Below, piece by piece: positions 10,569-22,020 of a stretch of 47,249 nt of DNA. The stretch is from Leptospira sp. (GTDB lineage Bacteria > Spirochaetota > Leptospiria > Leptospirales > Leptospiraceae), in the NCBI GenBank assembly GCA_034439575.1, contig JAWXAQ010000001.1:1-47249 (forward strand). The letters are read 5' to 3'. The number at the start of each line of letters is the position of its first letter. Position 1 is the stretch's first letter. The notes beneath the pieces are model-generated. The model did no database searches and was not told the DNA's origin. It saw only the letters and a program-made list of their open reading frames with translations. The position numbers and the translations under genes were made by a program.

Positions 10569-11956
10569 AATTTAGCACTCCCATAACAACTAATGATAGT
10601 TCCCTTAAACCCAAGTTCACTTGCCGAAGTTAAATAACTCAATGCCGTTCCGAAATCAAAATTGTCACGTTTGAAAGATATATCCAATGAGGATTCGGAA
10701 ATATAAAAAGTTTCATATTCTTCTTTTTTGAAACTTATTTTCCCATCACTTTTCCCAGATGCTTTATAAGGCAAAAGAATAGCTGAAGTAACTTTAAAGT
10801 TCAGATCATAAAAATTTATAGAGAAGAATATTTCGCCGTAAGATGCAGGTAGTCTTCCATTTACGATTGTTTGGTTTCGCTCCAATCCTGATTCAGTGAA
10901 ATGCCCCGAAGGAAACATATTTAAGTTTTGAGAAATGAAATACGTTGATCCCATATGCGTACCCGTTCCCAGATACCCAAGTTTAATTATTTGATTTTCA
11001 TGATTTCTTTCATCAGAATCATTTACATGTGCCGAAATTCCAGAATGTATAAAGTCATTCGCATAACCAACACCAAGTTGTAATGCTTCCCCCTCAATAA
11101 CAATTGAACCTGGAGTGTTTGAAGTCTTTGATGGGGAACGATCCACACCTTTTGACCAAAGGCATTCCATTTGAGTATAGAATCCACCTATGGGATGTTT
11201 AATGCCGAAATTTCCATTTACGAGACTGTCGCCGTCTGCTCCATACTTACCAACATTTTGAGTTAATTCGCGTGTTTGTTTTCCCCAAGATCCAAATTCC
11301 AGATAGGAAATACCAAAACTGATAATTATGTTTTTTTCATAAACCAATCCAAAACTATGCCTCCGCCTTTGGCTCTGAATGATTTCCTTACTTTCACCAT
11401 TTAAATTTCTAGGGCTTAAGTATTCTTTTTCTAAAAGAGAATATCCTCGATAATGATCCCATAAAAAAATTTGCGTAGTTAAATGTTCAAATATTTTTGA
11501 TTCTAAAAAAACTCCTTCTCCCCCATCCGAATAACCAGAAAAAGGTGATTTTCTGAATATAAAATTTCTTCTACCGATACCTAACCAAAACCCAGCAATT
11601 GAAACGGATGCATAAGAATTTTTACCTACATAAAGTAATTCTCTTCCTAACTCAGATCGTTTGACAATGTCCATATCTAAATCAACATTGATGCTTTCCG
11701 TTTTATATTTATAGGTAGCGCCTAGTGCCAAAAAGGAATTTGTATTTCGATTTAAATATCTTTTATCATTCGACAATTGGGTTGGAAATCCATCTTGTAA
11801 ATTCCAACCAGGTGGATTGGTTTGGGCTTCACTTTTTTGTGGGAAAAATATTTGTGTTTCAAACAATCTAGCATTTGATTTTATTTTAAATCCATCTTCC
11901 GCAAGTAAGGATGTGCTTACCATTGAGATTAAAATAGACAGGAGTAAACTTTTCAT
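10565..11956 (-). CDS. Secreted beta-rich protein, possible outer-membrane barrel (resembles LA_2168 family)
   Basis: Cleavable signal peptide, alternating aromatic/polar strands and C-terminal Phe; 4-nt overlaps with both neighbours. Confidence 0.65.
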   Translation of the reverse strand: MKSLLLSILISMVSTSLLAEDGFKIKSNARLFETQIFFPQKSEAQTNPPGWNLQDGFPTQLSNDKRYLNRNTNSFLALGATYKYKTESINVDLDMDIVKRSELGRELLYVGKNSYASVSIAGFWLGIGRRNFIFRKSPFSGYSDGGEGVFLESKIFEHLTTQIFLWDHYRGYSLLEKEYLSPRNLNGESKEIIQSQRRRHSFGLVYEKNIIISFGISYLEFGSWGKQTRELTQNVGKYGADGDSLVNGNFGIKHPIGGFYTQMECLWSKGVDRSPSKTSNTPGSIVIEGEALQLGVGYANDFIHSGISAHVNDSDERNHENQIIKLGYLGTGTHMGSTYFISQNLNMFPSGHFTESGLERNQTIVNGRLPASYGEIFFSINFYDLNFKVTSAILLPYKASGKSDGKISFKKEEYETFYISESSLDISFKRDNFDFGTALSYLTSASELGFKGTIISCYGSAKF

Positions 11957-14898
11957 TCCAATTCTCTATAAATGGAATAGTCCTCTCTTTGGTTGCCGAA
12001 GTAATTGGGTTTAAGTAAAGTGTACTCCTTAGCTTTTAAAGGAATATTAAAACTCGAAGCAGAACCAAGTTTCCCATACGTAGAAATTAAATATTTATAA
12101 GAATTTTCCTCTTTATGAATATTCAATTTTTCTGATAAACTAATTCCATTTCCGATTGTTTGGGAACTAGAGATGGTTAATAGTAAATCGTTATTTTTCG
12201 CGAAGGGAGGCAAATACCATTCTGCTCCATCTGGATCTACAAGAAAGGCGCATGCCCCTGCATTTAGTACATTTGAATTGTAAATAATAGAATTTCCGTT
12301 TTTAAAAATAGGTGGTGCATTGGGAAATCTGGAAATATAAGAAACAATTTGATCAGAAGATGTTTCATCCTCTATGGTATAACCTTCAAGTGAAATAGGA
12401 TACTCTCGTTTGTTACAAAAATAAACCCATTCATTTTGTGAATTCTCAGGGCCCGGATAAACGCCTTCTATTTGTACCTCACCTAATCTATGTATAACAT
12501 CCAATGCCTTATTAGAATCTGCATTAAAAAATCGTAGGTATAATAATTCCTTATCTAAAAAAGCAGGATTGTATATGAAATTTTCAAAATTTAGAATAGA
12601 ACGATTATCTTGAATAATCACATTCAATCCAGAATCTTGAAGATGAATTAAATTTGTAATTTCATATTTGGAACTACTGCTAGGCGGAAATAGAAATTCA
12701 TATTCAATATTGAAAATACCGTTACTATTTCTTATAGTTTTTATGGGAACCACTTGATTTTCCCGACGATTCGCAAATCCTGGACTTGCTTCTGATAAGG
12801 GTGAACAAGAATTCAGAAATGAACCAGGTTTTGATATACTATTTTGGAATGGATAAACTTCTTTATTAATTGAAAATCGCGTTGTGGAAACTAAATCATG
12901 ATTTAAATATATACTCGAATCATAATCAAATTCATAGTTGGAACCATTGACAACCGAACCATCAAACCTCAGCAAATGTATGCTTGTATTTTCATTAAGC
13001 AATGCACCTTCAGGTAGATTTTTACCCTTATCTCGAAGACATGGCCCTTCTCCAGATTTTAGAACAGAAAATATTTCGCCTTGAGGTTTATAAAAAATAA
13101 ACTTTTTTTCTAATTCATTCAAAATCGAAAAAGAAATATAACCAGAGCTATCCAAAGGACTCTCCCATTCTATAAATCGTTCTGCATAACTACCTAAAGA
13201 ATCCCGAGTACCGTTAAGGAGAATTTCCGAAAACTTTGGGTTCAAAAAATTAATTTCTGCATTTGAAATAAAACCGGGTGTTATGTGCAATAATTGATGC
13301 GAATAATTTTCATTTCCGAGTAAATTTGGATGTGGAAGTAAAATTCCATTCCCAGACCGAATGATAGATCGATTCACAGTATTTAAATCGTTTGTAATGA
13401 TAAAATTATCTTTTGATTGGGAATATGATACTAGAACATCTCGTGAATCAGTGAGTGAAAGTTTTGGTAATTGATACAAAAATATTTTTGTCGGTAGAGG
13501 CTTTTGTATGCCGAGAAATTGCCAACCATCCCATCTCTCTCTGGAAATGATAAATATATCGTTTGATTCTATGATGAGTGGCTTAGAGGAAAGAGGAAAA
13601 TTCTCCTCTTCATATACTAAAGTTAGGTTACTTAAATCGCATTTATCTCCCCTATTTTTAAATTCGATAAACATCGGCCAACTTATGGTATTACTTACGC
13701 CTGCAAAGTATTCAGTGAACAAAATTTGATCTGGATGGCAGGGTAAATTTTGAGTTTCAATGGGAAGAAAAAGAGTTCCGAAATCATTCGGAATTCCAGG
13801 GCTCATACAAGATTCATTTTGGTTTTGGATTTTTCTCTGGAAATGGCAACTAACGGAAGAGTCGTGAAGGCTAAAAAATTCATCGGCTTGTTTAAAAGAG
13901 TAAGGAGTTTCTTCAAATGATTTTTGATTCCATATCCATTTTCCTTTTTTTCCAATTTGTGCTAAAAATTCATCTTCAATTCTATTTCCTGTTAGCTGTT
14001 CACTTGTAGTCAAAATAAAAGTTGATTTTGGTAATACGATTTTATGAAACCTTTCTATTTCTTTTAATGAGGAATCTGAAATGAATGTGTGTACATTTTT
14101 ACTTTGGTCAAAAAATCCAAGAGTGTCGTATGTGGGACATAGGATTTGTTCACTATTATTTTCCCATTCTATAAATTTTCCAAAAGGTGATTCCGAATGA
14201 CGAAATGATTCAGAAAGACTGACTTGGCCTGGAACACATTCCGTTAGCCATTTTTGGTTGATTTCCGTGATCTTTTCCCCAAAGGAAATATTCTTCGGAC
14301 ATTTGAAATTTAAAGATAAGATCCTCCATGATTTTTTCGTATTACCTATAGCAAGCGATGGGTACAACACCTCACATTCATTTGGTGTCCATTCGTAAAA
14401 ATGTGCACTCGGAACATCAAATTTCGAATAAGAAATAACATTTTCATTGGTTTTGTTTTCGGACCACGATACGAGAGGGATTAGATCTTTGGTTTCTTTG
14501 AACCATTCATTATAAGTTAAATCTCTAATTTCCCAATTTGGACCTTTCAAATAAAATTTTGTATTTGAATTTTCTCCTGAATCAAGTTTCACAAAACCAG
14601 AGTGAATCTCTCTATTCAAATCCTCATTTGATGGTAGACAAATTTTAAATTTAACCCCGAGTTCAGCATCATAGAAAGATTTTGGTAGCGAAAGAATGCA
14701 AATTTGAGAATTATTTTCTATGATAAATCGTTTATCGGAAAATATATCAGAGGATTGATTTTCACCATAGTTTAGTTCGAAGGTGGTTTCAGAGATAGAC
14801 TCAAGAGGTGTAAGGTAAGCTAATGGATTGAATTTATTTCCATTGCAATTAGAGAGGAGTAGACTAAAGAAAATTAAAATTCGCATTATTTCCCTCAA
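11953..14898 (-). CDS. Large lipoprotein with repeated lamin-tail-like domains (resembles LIC11755 family)
   Basis: Lipobox LLSNC; four recurring LTD-like starts (LSESF..FIEWEN, FTEYF..FIEFKN, FSEIL..FIEWES, IEGVY..EWVYFCN), the first three closing near S/TPG. Confidence 0.7.
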   Translation of the reverse strand: MREIMRILIFFSLLLSNCNGNKFNPLAYLTPLESISETTFELNYGENQSSDIFSDKRFIIENNSQICILSLPKSFYDAELGVKFKICLPSNEDLNREIHSGFVKLDSGENSNTKFYLKGPNWEIRDLTYNEWFKETKDLIPLVSWSENKTNENVISYSKFDVPSAHFYEWTPNECEVLYPSLAIGNTKKSWRILSLNFKCPKNISFGEKITEINQKWLTECVPGQVSLSESFRHSESPFGKFIEWENNSEQILCPTYDTLGFFDQSKNVHTFISDSSLKEIERFHKIVLPKSTFILTTSEQLTGNRIEDEFLAQIGKKGKWIWNQKSFEETPYSFKQADEFFSLHDSSVSCHFQRKIQNQNESCMSPGIPNDFGTLFLPIETQNLPCHPDQILFTEYFAGVSNTISWPMFIEFKNRGDKCDLSNLTLVYEEENFPLSSKPLIIESNDIFIISRERWDGWQFLGIQKPLPTKIFLYQLPKLSLTDSRDVLVSYSQSKDNFIITNDLNTVNRSIIRSGNGILLPHPNLLGNENYSHQLLHITPGFISNAEINFLNPKFSEILLNGTRDSLGSYAERFIEWESPLDSSGYISFSILNELEKKFIFYKPQGEIFSVLKSGEGPCLRDKGKNLPEGALLNENTSIHLLRFDGSVVNGSNYEFDYDSSIYLNHDLVSTTRFSINKEVYPFQNSISKPGSFLNSCSPLSEASPGFANRRENQVVPIKTIRNSNGIFNIEYEFLFPPSSSSKYEITNLIHLQDSGLNVIIQDNRSILNFENFIYNPAFLDKELLYLRFFNADSNKALDVIHRLGEVQIEGVYPGPENSQNEWVYFCNKREYPISLEGYTIEDETSSDQIVSYISRFPNAPPIFKNGNSIIYNSNVLNAGACAFLVDPDGAEWYLPPFAKNNDLLLTISSSQTIGNGISLSEKLNIHKEENSYKYLISTYGKLGSASSFNIPLKAKEYTLLKPNYFGNQREDYSIYRELE

Positions 14899-14936
14899 TC
14901 AAAAAGGAGAAATAATAGAATGTTTGGATTTTTTAT

Positions 14937-16799
14937 TTAACTTTTTATTCGCTCTTCCACCCCAGTCTGGGCATTATTTTGATTCAAGGCTTTAAAAATT
15001 TTTTCTGCAAGTTTGTCACCGATACCTGGGACTTGTTTTAATTCATCCAATTTGGCATCCTGAACTTTTTTCTTTGCTTGGAAAAATCGAAGCAAAGATC
15101 TTCGTCTAACAGATCCAATGTCTTCTATATTGTCCAAAACACTTTGTAATGTTTTTTTCTTTCTTAAATTTCTGTGATATGTTACCCCGAACCTGTGGGC
15201 TTCATCTCGCACCGACCTAATTAAACGCATCATAGGTGAATGGATATCAAAAGTATAAGGATCATTAATTCCAGGAAAAAATATCTCTTCTCTCTTTTTA
15301 GCAAGTCCAACCATTGGTAAGTCACCTACATCCAAAGCAGTTGCTGCTTCGGCTGCGCGCGTTAGCTGTGTTGGCCCTCCATCAATGACGATTAAATCTG
15401 GCATTGGCTCGGATTCATTGATAAGATGGGAAAGCCTTCTTGCAATCACTTCGTGCATCATACCTGGGTCGTTGATTCCTTCGTAACCGCGAATTTTGTA
15501 ATGTCTATAACCCGGTTTGTATGGTTTGCCCTCGACAAACATTACACCACTTGCGACAGGTGAACTTCCTTGAAAGTGAGAAATATCGTAACATTCAATA
15601 ACCCTTGGGAGTTTGGTTAGTTTCAATTTGGTTTGAATTTCCTTCAAAGCTACAGTTTGGTCTTTTAATTTTGTCGCTAAAATTCTTTCCGTAAGCGAAA
15701 GTTCTGCATTTTTTTCCGCCAAACGTAACATTGATTTTTTTTGGCCAGCATCAGGAAATTTAATCTTAGGTAGTACATTTGAATATTCATGAATGGCACT
15801 TAAAGCAATATCATAATTTCCTTTAGCAGTAGAAGGTAGTATGATAAGATTTGGCATAAACGTAGCTCTTAAATAATAATCTCTAAGGAAAGCTTGTATG
15901 ATCTCTTCTTCACTACTGAGTTCAAGACCCGTAATCGGAAATGATTTTTTGCCTTCAAGTCGACCTCCGCGAACTTCGAGTACTATCACTTGTCCTTCAT
16001 TGTCTCTTCTAGCAAATGCAATGACATCCTCATCCCCACCATCTAAACTAACAACTGTCTGCTTTTCCCTGATTTGATTTATCTGCTCAATTCTTTTCTT
16101 TAAAAAACCAGCCCGCTCATACTCCATTTTTTCTGAAGCAGAGATCATATTTTGTTTTAATTTTTGGACTAATCCTTCTTTTTTTCCGCCAAGAAAACTT
16201 AGAATTTCTGATACCAATTCGTTATAAACTTCTTCGGAAATATTACCTTGGCAAGGACCTAAACAACGATTCATATGAAAATTCAAACAAGGACGTTGCG
16301 GTTTGGCAAGTGGCAGTTTAAGTTTTGTTTTGCGGATAGGAAAAATTCTTTGGATTAATTCTAATGAATCCCTAGCCGCCTTAACGTCTGTATATGGGCC
16401 AAAATAATGGTCCTTATTGTCCTTAACTTTTCTCGTTAAATAGACCATGGGGTAAGGTTCACTCGTTGATACACAGATAAATGGATATTTTTTATCGTCT
16501 TTTAGCCGAACATTGTACTTCGGATTGTATTTTTTAATGAGAGTCGCTTCAAGGATTAAGGCTTCAGCTTCGGTTCTCGTGACTATCCAGTCCAGATCCA
16601 TCAGCTCAACGAAAAGTGCTCGAGTCTTTCCATCTGGATGATTTGGGTTTAAATAGGAACGTATACGCGATTCTAATTTGATCGCTTTACCAACATAAAT
16701 GACTTCGCCTAATCTGTCTTTCCATAGGTAACAACCACTCACAGAGCCAAGATTTTTGATTTTTTCCTGTATGAATTTTAAGACGAGTTGGTCTTTCAT
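14937..16799 (-). CDS. uvrC: Excinuclease ABC subunit C
   Basis: GIY-YIG domain (GCYLWK..IYVGKA), UVR domain, [23 protein letters not shown] and C-terminal HhH (VPGIG). Confidence 0.98.
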   Translation of the reverse strand: MKDQLVLKFIQEKIKNLGSVSGCYLWKDRLGEVIYVGKAIKLESRIRSYLNPNHPDGKTRALFVELMDLDWIVTRTEAEALILEATLIKKYNPKYNVRLKDDKKYPFICVSTSEPYPMVYLTRKVKDNKDHYFGPYTDVKAARDSLELIQRIFPIRKTKLKLPLAKPQRPCLNFHMNRCLGPCQGNISEEVYNELVSEILSFLGGKKEGLVQKLKQNMISASEKMEYERAGFLKKRIEQINQIREKQTVVSLDGGDEDVIAFARRDNEGQVIVLEVRGGRLEGKKSFPITGLELSSEEEIIQAFLRDYYLRATFMPNLIILPSTAKGNYDIALSAIHEYSNVLPKIKFPDAGQKKSMLRLAEKNAELSLTERILATKLKDQTVALKEIQTKLKLTKLPRVIECYDISHFQGSSPVASGVMFVEGKPYKPGYRHYKIRGYEGINDPGMMHEVIARRLSHLINESEPMPDLIVIDGGPTQLTRAAEAATALDVGDLPMVGLAKKREEIFFPGINDPYTFDIHSPMMRLIRSVRDEAHRFGVTYHRNLRKKKTLQSVLDNIEDIGSVRRRSLLRFFQAKKKVQDAKLDELKQVPGIGDKLAEKIFKALNQNNAQTGVEERIKS

Positions 16800-16906
16800 G
16801 GCTTGGCCTAAGGATTAGACTAATTTGTTACTAATTTCGGACAAGTCGTAATCTTATCATTAATTTTGAATTTGATCTTTGAGGCTGGTTCTAAAAACTA
16901 AATAAT

Positions 16907-19432
16907 ATGAAAATTCGAAACTTTCTAAATTTTTTCTTACTCCGCGTCGAACTTTTCAATATTACATTCATAGTCCCATTGCTCTTGGGTTATGTTTATT
17001 TTTTCTCTGATCGTAAAGATGGAGAAAGTAAAGAAATGTTGGTCGGAACTTTTTTGGCCTTCCTTTTTATCACTCTGACTTTAGGTGTATTTTATTATAT
17101 TCGTTTTGGAAGTTTTTTTAGTTACGAAAAAGAGATTCTTAACAAAGGTAAGGTTTCTGATTCTACGAAAAATTCAGTTTCGTTTTGGTTAACTCATTTC
17201 ACAACTGCTACTTGTTTAGATTTTATATTTCGATATGTCATTGGTTTTGCCATTTTTATATTCTATTTATATTTGAGACTTGGTTCAATTAATTTTATAC
17301 TCTTAAGCGAAATTTCTGTAGCATTACTACTCGCAGTTTCACTTTCTCTCCTATTTATTTTTCTTTTATCTGATTATACATTTCGAAAATTCAATACAAA
17401 TAAGTTATTCAAAGAGATTTTAGAATCTACAGAAAAAAACAAACTCAAAGAACATTTAGCAAGAAAACTTGCCATGCAAACGGTAGTTTCCTTTTTGTTT
17501 GCAATTATGCTTATATTTGTTATAAATTATAGATTAAATTTTAAAGAAGAAACAAATCTAATCAACGAGGCTATGAAAGAAAGTGCCTTTGGTTCAGAAT
17601 CTGTTTTAAGATTGACGCTTGTATCATTTCGAGATAGCCTAACGACAAGTATATTCAGTAATACAGAGCTGAGTAAGCCCATTTATTCTCGAAATAAAGT
17701 TCAAATCAAAAATATTTTAAATTCTATCTTTTTATCAAGTACCAATCACGCCACCGAATCCTTGTTTTATTTTAATCCTGATGAAGGAATTTTTATTTCT
17801 ACAAATGATTATAAAATTTCTGATGAGAAGAATGCATTCAAAATTAAAGATCTAGCTTTATCAAAATCTGGTCCTGCAAGACATTTTTCATTCAAATCCC
17901 CTATTTCTGGTGAAATGATTTCGCCTTACACTCTTCCCATTTATAATAACAATGTTTTTCAAGGATATGTAGGCGGATTTTTAAATATTGGAAAACTTGG
18001 AAAATTTATTTTGAGCAATATTAAAATTGGAGTTAATGGTAAAACTGGCCTTATCGACGAAGATGGAACCATCACTTATTCAAAAATCAAAAGTGAAATT
18101 GGTACTAGTGCCTTTGGGGATGAGCTATTAAAACCGCTTTTTAAAAGCAATGAGGCTTTCCAACTATTCGATGTTAAAATCGGAAACGAACCCAAACGCA
18201 TAGCCTTTATACACAACCCAGAATTCAATTATTATGTTTATACAAAATATGAAGTTTTAGAACTCTACGAAAGATTAATTCATACTTTATATACGACACT
18301 CATTATATCTCTTGTTAGTTTATTTTTAATTGGGCTCATCACCACTTTAGCGATAGAATCAAAACTATTACCTCTATCAAAAATGAAAGATAGAATCAGT
18401 GAAATGGTGAGTGGCAATTTGAAAAATCAATTTGATTCAGCAAGCAGAGATGAAATTGGAAATATGGCGGATGCATTGGTTTTGTTTCAGAAAAAATTAT
18501 TTTCTATCGTTACGCAAACCCAAGATACTGCAAACCAATTGAAAGATTCAAGTAAGGAAATATTAGATTCTATGGTTTTGTTATCTGATGCGGCACAAAG
18601 CCAGGCTGCAGGCTCCGAAGAGATATCTGCATCCATTGAAGAAATCACTGCAGGTATAGAAAGTGTTGCGACTAAGGCTGATACACAAAATTTTACACTG
18701 AAGTCTCTCATTAAAAAAATGGAAGAACTGAATCAGGCCGTTAGTGATATCGATCGAAGTTTCAGTTTAGCCGATACAAAAGTCGAAGAAATCACCAAAG
18801 ATTCAAAGTTAGGTGAGGCATCTTTAAACGATATGAAAAAATCTATGGACAAAATTTTTGAATCTTCGACAGAAATGAGTAGTGTTGTCGAAATCATACA
18901 TACAATTTCTGAGCAAATCAACCTTTTGGCACTCAATGCTGCCATAGAAGCCGCAAGAGCTGGTGTCAGTGGACGAGGATTTGCCGTAGTTGCGGATGAA
19001 ATTTCAAAGTTAGCTGACAAAACAGCAAAATCCATCGATGATATTGAATCACTCATCCAACAAAATGAAAGTGAAATCAAAATTGGCCAAGAAAAAATCG
19101 ATCATTCCATAAAAACCATTTCTGGAACCATAGCAGGTGTTAATTCAATTTACGAAATGACAAAAAAAATTCGAACGGTTGTAAAAAGACAAATTGATAC
19201 AAATGAAGAAGTGAACGAAGGTGTTGAACAAATGAGAGAACTTTCTGATTTGATCAAAAATGCTACCGAAGAACAGAAAATTGCCATGATGGAAATTAGT
19301 AGATCTATCTCAGAAATTAATAATCATGCCCAGACGACCGCCTTATCAAGTGAAGGTGTCAGGGACAATGCACAAAATATGACTCATTTATCAGAAAATT
19401 TAAGAAAGGAAATCAATTACTTCCATGTCTAA
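16907..19432 (+). CDS. Methyl-accepting chemotaxis protein (multi-TM N-terminus, Cache-like, HAMP, signalling domain)
   Basis: [34 protein letters not shown] hairpin and [12 protein letters not shown] motif. Confidence 0.96.
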   Translation: MKIRNFLNFFLLRVELFNITFIVPLLLGYVYFFSDRKDGESKEMLVGTFLAFLFITLTLGVFYYIRFGSFFSYEKEILNKGKVSDSTKNSVSFWLTHFTTATCLDFIFRYVIGFAIFIFYLYLRLGSINFILLSEISVALLLAVSLSLLFIFLLSDYTFRKFNTNKLFKEILESTEKNKLKEHLARKLAMQTVVSFLFAIMLIFVINYRLNFKEETNLINEAMKESAFGSESVLRLTLVSFRDSLTTSIFSNTELSKPIYSRNKVQIKNILNSIFLSSTNHATESLFYFNPDEGIFISTNDYKISDEKNAFKIKDLALSKSGPARHFSFKSPISGEMISPYTLPIYNNNVFQGYVGGFLNIGKLGKFILSNIKIGVNGKTGLIDEDGTITYSKIKSEIGTSAFGDELLKPLFKSNEAFQLFDVKIGNEPKRIAFIHNPEFNYYVYTKYEVLELYERLIHTLYTTLIISLVSLFLIGLITTLAIESKLLPLSKMKDRISEMVSGNLKNQFDSASRDEIGNMADALVLFQKKLFSIVTQTQDTANQLKDSSKEILDSMVLLSDAAQSQAAGSEEISASIEEITAGIESVATKADTQNFTLKSLIKKMEELNQAVSDIDRSFSLADTKVEEITKDSKLGEASLNDMKKSMDKIFESSTEMSSVVEIIHTISEQINLLALNAAIEAARAGVSGRGFAVVADEISKLADKTAKSIDDIESLIQQNESEIKIGQEKIDHSIKTISGTIAGVNSIYEMTKKIRTVVKRQIDTNEEVNEGVEQMRELSDLIKNATEEQKIAMMEISRSISEINNHAQTTALSSEGVRDNAQNMTHLSENLRKEINYFHV

Positions 19433-19955
19433 ATCCAAACAAAAACTTTCGACAAAAGAGAGATTTTTCCGCGTGGGGCTTCCTCTCCTATTAGCCATCA
19501 TCCTTACCTTTATTATTAAATATAAAATATTAACTCCATTAGAAATTTCCAATTCTTTTATGGAACCAACATACAAATTAGGTGATACTGTCTATATCAA
19601 TCGTTATGCCAGAATCAAACATTTATTAGTTGGCGATGTCATCCTTGTCAAATCACCTATAGACAAAAATAGTTATATATTGGCTCGTATATTAGGAAAA
19701 GGAAATGATGAAATTCAAATTATAGCAAGGAAAGCATTTCGAAATGGTATAGAAGTGTCAGAAGATTTATTTCCACAAAATGCTGTCCAAAATTTACCCA
19801 TCCTACCAGAGGGAAAAAGTGATTCTGATCATTATCCGAAATTTACAGTACCTGAAAAAACTTTGTTTTTGTTAGCTGATAATAGAGAAAAAGGTATCGA
19901 TTCCAGAGAATTGGGACCGATACCAGAAGATTTAGTCGTAGGAAAGGTTTGGTAG
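19425..19955 (+). CDS. Signal peptidase I (S26)-like protein with degenerate catalytic dyad
   Basis: TM anchor, MEPT..GD, GDVI, R.LG..ND and [22 protein letters not shown] boxes. The catalytic Ser and Lys positions appear to be Phe and Ala. Confidence 0.85.
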   Translation: MSKSKQKLSTKERFFRVGLPLLLAIILTFIIKYKILTPLEISNSFMEPTYKLGDTVYINRYARIKHLLVGDVILVKSPIDKNSYILARILGKGNDEIQIIARKAFRNGIEVSEDLFPQNAVQNLPILPEGKSDSDHYPKFTVPEKTLFLLADNREKGIDSRELGPIPEDLVVGKVW

Positions 19956-19975
19956 CCTAATAAACGTAATTTTAC

Positions 19976-20500
19976 CTATTTTTTCTCGAGTAAGTTTTTC
20001 AGGTTTGTTAGACCTTTCTCAAAATCTGGACCGATCATTCCGTCCAAAAATAATCCAAAATAACGACCAACTGGGTATTCCGAATCCCCATCATTGCTCC
20101 ATGTTAACTTAGTCCCAGAACCAAAGTCTTCAAAGTTCATTCGTGCAACTGAAACCATAGGATTCGGGTCAATAAATTCCAAATTAAAAACTACTTCTTT
20201 GTTAGGTGTAACGGAAGCGATAGTTTGTTTACCTTTACCATTGATTTGTCCTTCCCAAGTTTGGACGTGACCGACCGTTCCTGGTTTCCCTGAAACAGTG
20301 ACAACTTGTGCAGGATCATTCAAAGCCCAAGGACTCCAATTTTTCCATGTATTATAATCAGAAACAGTTGTTATAATTTCGGATGCTGGTTTTTCAATAA
20401 TGATGCTTCTTTCAATATGAAATGTTGGTTTTAAAAATACAGGTATGATTAAAACCAAACCTATAAATAGTATCAATCCAATCGTAATCTTTTTTGCCAC
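19976..20500 (-). CDS. SRPBCC (polyketide cyclase-like) family protein
   Basis: N-terminal TM, IERSIII..W..WSPW, DFEKGL.NLK. Confidence 0.88.
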   Translation of the reverse strand: MAKKITIGLILFIGLVLIIPVFLKPTFHIERSIIIEKPASEIITTVSDYNTWKNWSPWALNDPAQVVTVSGKPGTVGHVQTWEGQINGKGKQTIASVTPNKEVVFNLEFIDPNPMVSVARMNFEDFGSGTKLTWSNDGDSEYPVGRYFGLFLDGMIGPDFEKGLTNLKNLLEKK

Positions 20501-20574
20501 AATATCCCTCTTTTATTTACGATTAACGTAAATTTTGTATCACATTGATACGATGGAAATTGTATGAATGTCAA

Positions 20575-22011
20575 TCATAAATTATAACAAAAATCGCATG
20601 TGTGGCAGGAAATAAATTGTTCCCCGAAGTATTCATATAAATATTCACGTCTACACTTTTCAGACTTAATGTACATTAACATCTGATAAAGTCTCTTCAA
20701 TGAATTTTGTTTTTTTTCTTCCCATTTTTCTTTAGATATAAGTTCCAAAGGTAATTTTCCGATTAACTTCAGATTTCTGAGTTCAACATCACCTCTTGTG
20801 ACACCATATCTTTCAAATAAATTGAGGACAGTTTGTAATCTATGATCACCCCGATTTTTATGAATGACTTTAGCTTGCAATTCCGAATAATCCAAAGAAG
20901 AAAGACTCATCCCCAAATTTTTAAAAGTCTCATAAACTATTTTAATAAATTTTGGATCTGGATTTTGCCATTCTAAAAAGTCGAGTAACACAGCTAAGTC
21001 GCTTTCAACATAAAAAAGATGACATTGGGAAGGATTACCATCACGTCCAGCTCGACCGATTTCTTGGTAATAGGATTCGATAGAGAGGGGCAATTCTGCA
21101 TGAAAAATCATGCGAATGTCTGGCTTATCAATTCCCATACCAAAGGCATTCGTTGCAAGAAGAAGTTCGTTATCACTTGTTAAAAAGTTTTTTTGAATTT
21201 TGTTTTTTTCATTCGGAGATAATTTTCCATGATAAATTTTATGCTTCACATCATTCATGATTAGAAAGTTGGAAAATTTTTCTAATTTATCAATTAAGTT
21301 AAAGTAAATAACTTTTGAACCAGTTTCAGATTTATTCAGTAAATTTAAAATTTCATTCCATTTGATTGTTTCTTCTACATAAGATTCGACATACAATGAT
21401 AAGTTGGGTCTTGCGATTCCAGAATGAAAAATGGAAAATTCTTCTTCTGAAAATCCTAATTCTTTTATGATATCGGTTTGCACTTGTTTTGTGGCAGTTG
21501 CTGTCAAAGCAATTGTTGGTGGGGAATTTAAAAATTTTCTGATTTCGCCAATTTTTGAATAATCAGGTCGAAAGTCATGTCCCCATTGGCTAATGCAATG
21601 CGCTTCATCAATTGCTAAAAAGGAAATTTTTCTTTTCTTTAAAATTTCACAAAATGACTTACTACGGAATCTTTCGGGAGTTATGTATAAAATTTTATAA
21701 TCACCCGCTTCCAACTCTTCATATCGTTTCAATCTGATTTCTTTAGAAAGAGAAGAATTGATAAATGTAGCTTGAATTTTTTTTTCACGCAGTGCACTTA
21801 CTTGATCATACATAAGTGCGATAAGAGGTGAAATGACAATGGTAAGCCCTTCTGATAGTAAGGCTGGGATTTGATAACATAGAGATTTACCCATACCTGT
21901 CGGCATAATCACCAAACAGCTACCACCGTTTAACAATAAATTGATAATTTCTTCTTGGTGTGACCTGAAATTAGTAATGCCTAATCTTTCTTTGACCTCA
22001 TCTATTCCCAA
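20575..22011 (-). CDS. recQ: RecQ-family ATP-dependent DNA helicase (short, no HRDC)
   Basis: MPTGMGKSLCYQIP, DEAHCISQWGHDFRPDY, ALTATA, ATNAFGMGIDK, YYQEIGRAGRDG and C-terminal CRR..C..CDFC zinc site. Confidence 0.93.
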   Translation of the reverse strand: MGIDEVKERLGITNFRSHQEEIINLLLNGGSCLVIMPTGMGKSLCYQIPALLSEGLTIVISPLIALMYDQVSALREKKIQATFINSSLSKEIRLKRYEELEAGDYKILYITPERFRSKSFCEILKKRKISFLAIDEAHCISQWGHDFRPDYSKIGEIRKFLNSPPTIALTATATKQVQTDIIKELGFSEEEFSIFHSGIARPNLSLYVESYVEETIKWNEILNLLNKSETGSKVIYFNLIDKLEKFSNFLIMNDVKHKIYHGKLSPNEKNKIQKNFLTSDNELLLATNAFGMGIDKPDIRMIFHAELPLSIESYYQEIGRAGRDGNPSQCHLFYVESDLAVLLDFLEWQNPDPKFIKIVYETFKNLGMSLSSLDYSELQAKVIHKNRGDHRLQTVLNLFERYGVTRGDVELRNLKLIGKLPLELISKEKWEEKKQNSLKRLYQMLMYIKSEKCRREYLYEYFGEQFISCHTCDFCYNL

Positions 22012-22020
22012 AATAAATCC

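Noticed and set aside
4045-22011. UvrD/Rep, UvrC, RecQ and PLD as a novel defence or repair island
   Set aside because: They are dispersed among ordinary housekeeping genes with canonical architectures, and the PLD is an exported lipoprotein rather than a helicase-linked nuclease.
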